Assembly (NCBI GenBank): GCA_965208275.1
Contig: OZ242331.1
Location: forward strand, 2,093,225-2,117,224
Source of the DNA: Caldilineaceae bacterium
GTDB taxonomy: Bacteria > Chloroflexota > Anaerolineae > Caldilineales > Caldilineaceae
Reading direction: 5' to 3'
DNA: 24,000 nucleotides
The notes under the pieces were generated by a model that saw nothing but the letters and a program-made list of their open reading frames with translations, had not been told where the DNA came from and did no database searches. The position numbers and the translations under genes are program-made. Shown one piece after another: positions 7,771 through 15,004 of the stretch. Position 1 is the stretch's first letter; each line of letters begins with the position of its first letter.

Positions 7771-9414
7771 TCAGCGCCAGTCGTCAACAGAGACTGTTCC
7801 GCCGTAGTTGCACCCCATGATGCGCCAGTAGCCGTTTGTCTCACCGCCGACGACGACGACGTGGATGTCGTCAAGCTCGTAGACCGGAATCATCTCGTCA
7901 GCGTCCACCTTGAGCTTGCTGGCATGCGGTTCGACGCCGTTGAGCGCCTGCGGGTAGACGTAGTTTTCGATCAGCTGGTAGTCCCAGTAGATCCCCGAGG
8001 GCATGGTGGCGTTGTCGTGGACCCACTGGATCAGCTTCTCCTTGGTGTCGAAGCCGCCGCGGTCGATGAACTGCTGCGCCGTGATGGGATCGAGCACCAG
8101 CGTCGGCGGGTTGTGCGGGTTGAGGCCGCGCAGCATATTGCGCACGTGGTCCTGCCAGTGCTTCGCCCGCAGGCCGAGATTGAACGCGGTTGACCGGCAG
8201 CCGCCGAAGACGCTGACCGCGCTCTGGTCCGGTTCGAAGCCGTGCTGCACGTGGAAGGGCACCCACGGACTGCGCTCTTCATTCTCGGCGAAGGTGACGC
8301 TGTTGTAGGCGTAGTTGTTGCCCTGCGAACCTAGATAGGTCACTTCGGGCAGCGAGCCGCCCTGCAGGTTCTGCGAGAGCAGGCCATAGGCGCGTCCGAT
8401 CGTGGCATTGGCGTGATTGTACGGGCCCATTGCGCCGATGCCCCAGTTCATCCCAATCTCCTCGCGGACGGGACCGTTGACGACCGCCATCGACGCGGCC
8501 GAGCTTGTTGTGCTGGCACGGGCCGACGCGCAGGTCGCGGCCAGGGCCAGGATCACGGGCAGGTACTCGGGCCTGGCGCCGGCCATCACCGCGTTGACCG
8601 CCACTTTCTCAACGGTGTACTGCCAGGCTTCGCGCGTCGAGGTTGGCCGCATGTGGCCCACCACCGTGTCCGGGCTGCGGCTGGTCCCTTTCAACATGGC
8701 CTCAACCCGCTCCTCTGTCGGCAGGATGATCGGCAGCATGTCGGTCCAACGATTGTCCACGAAGAGATGGTGCAGATTCTCCTCACTGTCAGACTCGACA
8801 AAGCGGGGCGTAGAGCGGTCGAAGGCGTGCGCGCGCGTCTCCTCCGCCGAGGGCGCGCGCGTGAGCGCGGCGATGACCTCGCCCATGAAGGGACGGCCGG
8901 TGATGTCGTCAGGTCCGTCGACGTAGGCGCGCAGCTGCTCGGGAGAGCGGCCCATGACCGGCTGCGGCACGAAGGCATGGCGCAGATAGGGGATCCCCTG
9001 CTGCAGGGTGGAAGCCTTCACCAGGGGCTCGAAGATCCCCGTCTGGATGGAGGCCGTGGCAACGTTGTACTCGGTTTCCAGAATAATGCATTGGTCGGCG
9101 ACCGCCGGCGCACAGGTACTTCAATGGCCGACGGCCATGACGGCCCCTGCCCCCTTCCGCTGGATCTCCGTATAGAGCGCTTCGTCCCGCTCGGTGTAGA
9201 CGCCCGACTTGCGCCGCACTTCGATCTGTATGTCGGGCCGGTTCTCGCGAAACCAGTTCGCCATCTGTTCAACCAGGATGTCGCCGTCGTCGAAGCGGCA
9301 GTCGACGAGGTAGACAGTCTTCCCGGCCAGGTCGCTGACACGCGGCGCCAGATGCTTCTGGTCAATCTGGGGAGGATAGCCCATCGGGTTGTGAACGCGC
9401 AGATCTGTGGCCAT
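7771..9414 (-). CDS. Putative selenoprotein: UGSC-like U-x-x-C redox module fused to a domain of unknown function (547 residues, Sec at 98 encoded by TGA 9121-9123)
   Basis: Track ORFs 9121..9414 and 7771..9021 share one frame, and the 33 codons between them (9022..9120) contain no stop. The only interruption is one TGA, in the context AVGH-U-STCAPAVADQC. AAGGAG (9421-9426) lies 6 nt upstream of ATG 9414, whereas the GTG at 9021 has no SD. GC3 of the bridging codons is 26/33, which is coding-like. A hairpin follows the TGA. Confidence 0.7.
9087..9112 (-). promoter_or_regulatory. Candidate bacterial SECIS hairpin
   Basis: Numbered from the U of UGA as +1. Lower stem +12-15 / +34-37 (UGCG/UGCA, including one G-U pair). 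Upper stem +17-20 / +25-28 (CGGC/GCCG). Apical loop GGUC at +21-24, which places G-U at +22/+23. Confidence 0.5.
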
Positions 9415-9460
9415 ACCTTGCTCCTTACAAATTGGATTCTCGATTAAGTCTTGTCTCCGC

Positions 9461-11110
9461 CTATTCTACATCATTTTCCGAATTGAGAAACTGAAAAGAA
9501 TAAAGGCTGGCCTCATGCACTTGAAACCGAATCCTCACCGGTCTGTCCCACAGCGTCCGCAGGTCGCCTCCGCCCTGCCAGCGGACCGTGTGCCAGATCT
9601 GGTCCGCCGCCCCGATGAGCGGGTCGCACTGCTGCGCCGAGAAGCCATCGTACGGCTGGAAGCAGGGATCGAGGAGCTCGACGCGGACGTATCCGTAGCG
9701 GCAGTCGGCATTGACGCGCAGCGAGTCCCCTTCGAACACGAACTGTTTGGTTAGGACCCGGCCGGACTCGTAGGCTGGGACGAGACGGGCCCAGCCGTCT
9801 TCGCGCAGGATCAGGCCATTGACCGCCCGCCGGATTCCAGACTCGCCCTGAATCGCCGCGCGCGCCCTCCATTCCTGTTGCCGGCGCGCGAACTCCTCGC
9901 GAGGATAGAGCGGTGTCGGCGGCCCGGGGTGCAGCCAGCTCTGCTTCTGCGGATTGGCGCTGTAGGGGATCACCATGCGACCGTCGTGTACGAGCGTCCC
10001 CGCGGGTGTGAAGCAGGCGAACCCGTAGTCCTGGTCGCCCGGATCACCGGTGTCGACCCAGGGACCGGGGCCGCCCACGCGCTGCCAGCGCCTTCCGTCG
10101 CGGCTGGTGTAGAGGCCCAGGCGGCTGAAAGCCTGGTCGCGCCAGTTGTGGCCGTCTCGCTCCTGCCAGAAAGGCTCGGCCATGAACTCGCTTGTTATGC
10201 CGATGTAGAGCCCGCCGATTTTGCGTGCCGACATGTCGTGCATCTCGAGGTCGGGCGGCAGGTTGGCGTCCCAGTCGGCCGAAAGCGCGACCTCCTTGGG
10301 CGACCAGTTGATGAAGTCGGCGCTCTCCTGGCGGCCAATCTGACGCTTGCGGTAAAGAAAGTTCTGGTGATGGGAATACTGGCTGAAGCCGACCCAGCGC
10401 CGGATGCTCCCGTCCCAGAATATCTTCTGTTCGTGGTGATGAGGAAATGCACTCTCCTCGCTGATCGTATGCCAGCGGATTCCGTCCGGCGAGGCGTCGA
10501 CGCGCGAGAGGCGGGGGCTGTTGGGCGGGCGAACGCGCGCTGCTTTCGGCGGCCAGTTTACCAGCAGGTACTTGCGGTCGGGGTCGCTGCGGTCATAGTT
10601 GAGCGCCAAGCCGGACTGGGACACGTCCGGATGGACGATGTTGGTTGCCTTGTGCCCTTCAAAGGGAAGGCAGTCGTCGCGCAGCGGCTTTTCCCACTGG
10701 AGCGCGTCCCTGGATTCAGCGTAACAGAGTACTTGACCCTCGTTGAAAGCGTGTCCGGTCAAACCCTGCCAGTACCACATTTTGAAGAGGCCGTCGTCGG
10801 GGTCGTGGACGACGCCGGCGGTGCCGGGATTGAACTGCACCTGCTCCCACGGCAGGTCGGACCAGGCGAGCAGAGGTTCGGCTGTTTTGGCGGGAACGCA
10901 AACCTCGCGGCGTACGCCTTCAAGGTGGTCGAGAATGAAGTTGTCGAGGAAGAGCTGGCGCTCCGTGCCGATGTGGAGGAAGGGCACACGGTAGTCGGGC
11001 GGAATGTAGGGGTAGTCCCTTTCGACCGGCCGGGCGCCGGACCTGATTGCATCGGTCTTCTGCTGGATGTCGAGTGGCTCGGTTGGACTCTGGCGTTCAG
11101 GCGTGTTCAC
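9461..11110 (-). CDS. Cytoplasmic beta-propeller glycosidase-like protein with C-terminal beta-sandwich, paralog 2
   Basis: 549 aa with a GTG start and GGAGG 11 nt upstream. Collinear with 3919..5613 at roughly half identical residues by eye. Shared blocks are QLFLDNFILD, DPDDGLFKMWY, IGRQESADFINWSPK, GLYIGI, DGRMVI.YSA, LREDGWA and TKQFVFEGD.LRVNADC.YG. Confidence 0.6.
   Translation of the reverse strand: MNTPERQSPTEPLDIQQKTDAIRSGARPVERDYPYIPPDYRVPFLHIGTERQLFLDNFILDHLEGVRREVCVPAKTAEPLLAWSDLPWEQVQFNPGTAGVVHDPDDGLFKMWYWQGLTGHAFNEGQVLCYAESRDALQWEKPLRDDCLPFEGHKATNIVHPDVSQSGLALNYDRSDPDRKYLLVNWPPKAARVRPPNSPRLSRVDASPDGIRWHTISEESAFPHHHEQKIFWDGSIRRWVGFSQYSHHQNFLYRKRQIGRQESADFINWSPKEVALSADWDANLPPDLEMHDMSARKIGGLYIGITSEFMAEPFWQERDGHNWRDQAFSRLGLYTSRDGRRWQRVGGPGPWVDTGDPGDQDYGFACFTPAGTLVHDGRMVIPYSANPQKQSWLHPGPPTPLYPREEFARRQQEWRARAAIQGESGIRRAVNGLILREDGWARLVPAYESGRVLTKQFVFEGDSLRVNADCRYGYVRVELLDPCFQPYDGFSAQQCDPLIGAADQIWHTVRWQGGGDLRTLWDRPVRIRFQVHEASLYSFQFLNSENDVE
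10296..10336. repeat. 41-nt tract identical to 4775..4815
   Basis: Same 41-mer as in paralog 1, with flanks about 85% identical over roughly 80 nt. Confidence 0.9.
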
Positions 11111-11161
11111 TTTGCGCGGGACCTCCGGTTGCGGGAAATGGTCTGGTGGATGGCCAAAGCG

Positions 11162-12064
11162 TCAGATGCCCCACATCTCCCGCATTTCTGCCATCGTCTT
11201 TCGGTTCTCGGCTTTGGGGATATTGCCCGGGTGCGGCCCCATGTGACGCTCGTCGACCGGCTCGGAGGCCAACTGGTAGCGCGTGTCCGTGCTGATGCGG
11301 TAGCGGTCGGAGACGTTGTCCAGCGAACCGTGCAGAAAGAACATGCCAAATATCATCACGTCGCCGGCGCGGAAAGGCGTGGACGCCCACTGCACGCCGA
11401 GGCTTTCGATCAGGTCATGCGGGTCGCGGCTGAGGTGGCCGTCGAGGAGGTCGTTGTGCGCGTCGGCCGTCCCATAAGTGGAGCGCAGAATGTCGAGCCG
11501 GTTGGAGCCTGGGCAAAAGGCGAGAGGGCCCATAGTCAGCGAAATGTCGTCCAGCGGCGTCCAGGCCGTGTACAACTGCTTTGTGCCCGCGCCCATGAAC
11601 ACAACGTCATAGTGGGCGCCTGTGCTCACTCCCGTGCTGACCGCGCGCGGCCATTTGTGGTCCAGCGTCAGGACCGGCCCGCCCAGGAACCGTTCAAAGA
11701 AGGCCATGATGCGGCGCGAATTGACGAGGCGCAGGTAGTTGGGCATCTTGAGGACATCGTCGTGTGGAAGGACGGCGTTGCCGCCTTCCTGCCCAACTGT
11801 GCCTTTCTCCATAGGGACATCCTTTGCGAGACGCCCTTGCTCCGACAGCTGCTTCAGAATGTCAGTCCTGGCGGAAAGCACGGCTTCACGGTCGTAGAAC
11901 CCGCGAATGAGTAGGTAACCGTCTTCTTCAATCCTGGCGTGCAGTGCTGCCGCGTCGTGCAAAATGCCGTTGGCATCGCGCGGCGTGAAGATCGTCTGAC
12001 CGAAGACAAGCTCATGTCCGGCCATCGAGACCTTGGTTCCATCTGCTACTGCCGGAGCTCTCAT
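11162..12064 (-). CDS. Phytanoyl-CoA dioxygenase (PhyH) family Fe(II)/2-oxoglutarate-dependent oxygenase
   Basis: 300 aa. HxD in TGAHYDVVF, distal His in FFLHGSLDN, and Arg in RYRISTDTRY. GAGGAGG lies 10 nt upstream of ATG 12064. An alternative ATG at 12025 is possible. Confidence 0.75.
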   Translation of the reverse strand: MRAPAVADGTKVSMAGHELVFGQTIFTPRDANGILHDAAALHARIEEDGYLLIRGFYDREAVLSARTDILKQLSEQGRLAKDVPMEKGTVGQEGGNAVLPHDDVLKMPNYLRLVNSRRIMAFFERFLGGPVLTLDHKWPRAVSTGVSTGAHYDVVFMGAGTKQLYTAWTPLDDISLTMGPLAFCPGSNRLDILRSTYGTADAHNDLLDGHLSRDPHDLIESLGVQWASTPFRAGDVMIFGMFFLHGSLDNVSDRYRISTDTRYQLASEPVDERHMGPHPGNIPKAENRKTMAEMREMWGI

Positions 12065-12110
12065 GATCCGTTCGCCTCCTCAAGATAGTTGAAGGGTAGC
12101 ACCCTTGTGG

Positions 12111-13208
12111 TCAAGCGATGCTGATTTGGCCTTGGAAGACGGTTCCGAAGGTGTTTCCGCGTACCCTGTCGCGGGTCTCATTGCCTACGAGGAAGACGCG
12201 GTCCTGCCAGACGGCGACGCGGTGCGAGGCGATGCCGTAGGGCAGGGGATCGAGAGCTGTCCACTCGTCTTCCTGGGTATCATAGGCCCAGGCCTCGTGG
12301 GAATGGCAGACGAAGTCGAGTTCGGGCACGTGTCCCATGATCTGTGTGGAGACTCCCTCTTTCGAGACGATCCAGTTCTGGCCGCCGGTGAGGACGATCC
12401 AGCGGTCGCTGACCGTGAAGGCGTCGGCGACGAATGCCCGCGGCGGACGCGGCAGCTCGCGCCAGCTGCCGGATGAGAGGTCGCACGCCCAGGCCTCGCG
12501 AAAGGTAACGTGGTTGACTCTGCCTCCGTGCGCCTTCCCGTCGCCGAAGGTGTGCAAAGCGTTGTGGGGCTTGGGGTCGCCTGCGCCGCACACAGGAATG
12601 TCGTGGCCGCCGATGACGTAGAGTTTCCCCTGGCAGATGCCCATGCCGCACATCCAGCGGGCGTCTCCGGGGAATCGGGCTGCAGTTTCCCACTTGCCGC
12701 GACCGCGCACGTCCAGGCAGTATATGTTGGGGTCACCGGTGGCATGTTCGTGCGGCTGCCAGTCGGTGCCGAAAGCGGTATAGAGCAGGTCGTCGTGGGC
12801 AAATGTCGTGGCGACCATGGCGGTGGATGGCCGGTCGGGCAGGCGTTCCCAGGTGGAGGCTCCGCCGTGAACGTCGAGAAACCAGACTTCGGCGGTGGCG
12901 CGGTTGCCGACCGCGCGGCGTCTTCCGCCGACGACGGCGAGTCCTCCGGCCACGGCCGCGCCGGATGTCCAGCCGGGGCCAATGGGAATGGGCGGGAGAG
13001 GGTACCACTCACCGATTGTGGGGGCCCCGTCCCGCGAGGGTGGTTCGTCCTGCTCCAGGATCGGCGCGCCGAATCCATATTCGACTTCGCGCCAGGGGTA
13101 TGACATACCGCCGGCAACCAGGAGATGGCCGTTGACTACGCCGACCGCGGGTCCTTTGATGAGTGCAGGGTAAACTGGAGCTTTGCACCAGCTGATTTGG
13201 AGTGACAT
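12111..13208 (-). CDS. Six-bladed Kelch-repeat beta-propeller protein (NanM/mutarotase-like?)
   Basis: 365 aa with six blade signatures: NGHLLVAGG, GGLAVVGG, DDLLYTAFG, QGKLYVIGG, DRWIVLTGG and QDRVFLVGN. No signal peptide and no obvious SD. It appears to be the first gene of an operon. Confidence 0.65.
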   Translation of the reverse strand: MSLQISWCKAPVYPALIKGPAVGVVNGHLLVAGGMSYPWREVEYGFGAPILEQDEPPSRDGAPTIGEWYPLPPIPIGPGWTSGAAVAGGLAVVGGRRRAVGNRATAEVWFLDVHGGASTWERLPDRPSTAMVATTFAHDDLLYTAFGTDWQPHEHATGDPNIYCLDVRGRGKWETAARFPGDARWMCGMGICQGKLYVIGGHDIPVCGAGDPKPHNALHTFGDGKAHGGRVNHVTFREAWACDLSSGSWRELPRPPRAFVADAFTVSDRWIVLTGGQNWIVSKEGVSTQIMGHVPELDFVCHSHEAWAYDTQEDEWTALDPLPYGIASHRVAVWQDRVFLVGNETRDRVRGNTFGTVFQGQISIA

Positions 13209-13243
13209 TGGGGTCGCTGACGTTCGTTTGGGACGGTGCGGTC

Positions 13244-13271
13244 AGTATAGTCCATGTCGATCGGCGGGCAA
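13244..13271 (-). promoter_or_regulatory. Candidate sigma70-type promoter for the Kelch-PhyH-propeller-selenoprotein-PhyH operon
   Basis: Minus sense reads TTGCCC (13271-13266), a 16-nt spacer, then TATACT (13249-13244), ending 35 nt upstream of ATG 13208. It lies in the only sizeable non-coding gap upstream of this gene block. Confidence 0.35.
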
Positions 13272-13307
13272 AAGGAGGTGTTCGGTTCTGAGTTCTGGTG
13301 CGTGTCA

Positions 13308-13679
13308 TCAAAGTCGCTGCCGGAGATTGGACAGGCCCTGGACCCGGTGCGTTTCCCGCAAACGGAAGCCTTTTGTACAAGCCTTGCTCAGAGGCCATGA
13401 GAACAATCCCTGACTGTACGAGATGACAAGGAAAAACACACAGACTGCAAAGGGGGTCCGGACGCGCCAGAACAGGAACCGATGCAGGCCGCCTACTCTG
13501 ACCTGGTTGGTTGCCCGCGGAAATCTGTCGGGTTCATCGGCTGCAAGTTCCCTTCCGGTTCCCAGTCTGCATTCGGACCCAGATCTCTTTCCGCAGGCAG
13601 GTTGAGGGGTTGGACCCGAACGCCCACGACAATGTACAAACGTCCTGTTCGGCAGGCGGTCCCCAGAGTGCCCCCGCAT
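13308..13679 (-). pseudogene. Decayed partial tandem duplicate of the small membrane-protein gene 13710..14081
   Basis: Shares AADEP(D/E)RFPR (13515-13544 versus 13806-13835, offset 291 nt) followed by Q(V/I)R..GL...F.(F/M)W. It has no RBS at its ATG, lacks the N-terminal TM helix, and sits in a lower-GC spacer. Confidence 0.3.
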
Positions 13680-13709
13680 CCGGTTTAGAGTTGCTGAGTT
13701 TCAATGTAC

Positions 13710-14081
13710 TTATCTGCCTGAGAGCAACAAACCAATCAGTCTGCCTGCCCAGACGGTCCACATGACGAACAGGAGCAGACCCAGAAGCCTGATCTGCAGG
13801 AGGACGCGGGGAAACCTCTCGGGCTCATCGGCGGCACTGAGAAAGACGTCCGCGGAAGGCGCGCCCAGGAATAAGCGAAAGAGGGCGGAGGGCCAGGGGC
13901 CTATCTTCACGCCGGGCCACCCCTCGCCCGGCTTCCGTTCGAATCTGAAGAGCCGCTGCCAGCACCTGATCTGCCATGCGAGGAATCTCTTTGGCCTGAA
14001 CAGGAGCAGGCAGCAGATTGGAGGCGACACGAGGACCAGTGGGCCCAGTACTGCAATCGTGAGGAGTTCGTCGCCCGTCAA
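13710..14081 (-). CDS. Small hypothetical membrane protein (2-3 TM helices)
   Basis: 123 aa with a TTG start. GGAGCA lies 7 nt upstream, immediately after the aldolase stop codon. Hydrophobic helices are LLTIAVLGPLVLVSPPICCLLLF and LLGLLLFVMWTVWAGRLIGLLL. Confidence 0.45.
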   Translation of the reverse strand: MTGDELLTIAVLGPLVLVSPPICCLLLFRPKRFLAWQIRCWQRLFRFERKPGEGWPGVKIGPWPSALFRLFLGAPSADVFLSAADEPERFPRVLLQIRLLGLLLFVMWTVWAGRLIGLLLSGR

Positions 14082-14092
14082 CCTGTTGCTCC

Positions 14093-14965
14093 TCAGTCGA
14101 AGGTGCGCCCGGTGTGCAGCCGACCGACCCTGGCGCTCTCCTCGTCGCCGGCGGGGAAGGTGATGCCCTCGTCAATCTTGGCAGCGACGTCGTCTGGATA
14201 GACCGCGTCCAGGAATCCGATGTTGGCGGCTTTGCAGGCGGCGAAAACGCGATCGCGCGCGGCGCGGAGGTCGCCTTCCTCGGTGTTCTCGCGCGTACGC
14301 ACAGTGTCGTAACCGAAGGTCATGCGCATGTCCGAGGGCCCCCACTCTGCAAAGGCGATGCCCGGCACCGCGGTGCTGGCTTCGGCGTTCTCCAGGGCGC
14401 GGCTGTTTTCGATCTTGATACCGAGAACGATTTCGCCGTCCGGATTGAGCGGCCAGACGTCGGCCTTGCGCAGATAGTCCTGCGTGGAGAGGCCCCAGAT
14501 TTGGGCGGCGTTGTCCTGGCCGCCGGAGCCGCGGCGTCCCATGTTCAGTCCGGCGCCGACGCCGGGCGTGTGGAAGGGAAAACGCACCCACTCGACGAAC
14601 TCCTTGACCGCGCCGGGCGATTCGGCGTGGCAGAGCAGGATGCCGTGAATGCCGGTCGCCATGACCTGCTTGATCATCCAGGCGTTGTTGCGGACGACAT
14701 ACTCGTCAACGCCGTCGAAGGGGAGCGTGACCAGGACAGGGGGCGTGCGATGGCCGCTGCGTGTGGGTCCGCCGGCCACCAGGCCATGCATAAAGGCGTT
14801 GAGCCCGGCGATATCGTAGGGTTGGTGCTCGATACCGATGACGAGCCAGTCGGCGTGGGTCTGGGCGGACTTGACGCCGCCTTCGTAGGTCAGTGTGCGT
14901 CCGCCGTCCCAGTAGACCGGCTGGCCCGCCTCCAGGAGTTCGATGATCTGATTGATGCGTTTCAT
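14093..14965 (-). CDS. HpcH/HpaI-family class II (metal-dependent) 2-keto-3-deoxy-acid aldolase
   Basis: 290 aa. Contains WLVIGIEHQPYD, GILLCHAES, and GIKIENSRALENAE..VPGIAFAEWGPSDM, the Glu/Asp metal-site pattern of HpaI/YfaU-type aldolases. GGAAAGG lies 4 nt upstream of the ATG. Confidence 0.75.
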   Translation of the reverse strand: MKRINQIIELLEAGQPVYWDGGRTLTYEGGVKSAQTHADWLVIGIEHQPYDIAGLNAFMHGLVAGGPTRSGHRTPPVLVTLPFDGVDEYVVRNNAWMIKQVMATGIHGILLCHAESPGAVKEFVEWVRFPFHTPGVGAGLNMGRRGSGGQDNAAQIWGLSTQDYLRKADVWPLNPDGEIVLGIKIENSRALENAEASTAVPGIAFAEWGPSDMRMTFGYDTVRTRENTEEGDLRAARDRVFAACKAANIGFLDAVYPDDVAAKIDEGITFPAGDEESARVGRLHTGRTFD

Positions 14966-15004
14966 TTTGCCTTTCCGAATGTGGAAGTTCGCTCCGGGAA
15001 CAGT

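Noticed and set aside
7771-9021. Treating 7771..9021 (GTG start) and 9121..9414 as two independent genes, as the ORF track implies
   Set aside because: The GTG at 9021 has no SD. The 99 nt between the ORFs are stop-free in the same frame, with coding-like GC3. The junction gives a UxxC motif plus a downstream hairpin. A single recoded gene explains all of these observations.
9121-9123. TGA read as a globally reassigned codon (genetic code 4 or 25), or as a simple nonsense pseudogene
   Set aside because: TGA terminates several neighbouring genes (stops at 6780, 7771, 12111, 14093), so the code is standard. Pseudogenisation cannot be excluded without reads or homologs. The intact downstream frame, the redox-motif context and the hairpin favour Sec, and the caveat is kept in the finding.
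9878-11914. Very long antisense or shadow ORFs: 9878..11914 (678 aa), 8413..9447, 14114..15133, 15230..16162, 17796..19031, 21676..22695, 12185..13117, 3212..3934 and many shorter ones
   Set aside because: These are typical high-GC shadow frames opposite or offset to clearly recognisable genes. They are Arg/Ala/Gly/Pro-rich with low complexity, and have no RBS and no family motifs.
13271-13280. Plus-strand AAAGGAGGTG, a perfect Shine-Dalgarno-like sequence
   Set aside because: No start codon lies at a workable distance, because the GTG is part of the SD itself. The only downstream frame is a 41-codon ORF with no features. The sequence overlaps the -35 region of the minus-strand promoter candidate.
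13937-13945. GTTCGAATC T-loop-like motif, checked as a possible tRNA (including tRNA-Sec) in the spacer region
   Set aside because: The flanking T-stem has a mismatch. No matching acceptor stem (gcggctc) lies about 65 nt upstream, and there is no anticodon arm. The motif lies inside the RBS-supported ORF 13710..14081.
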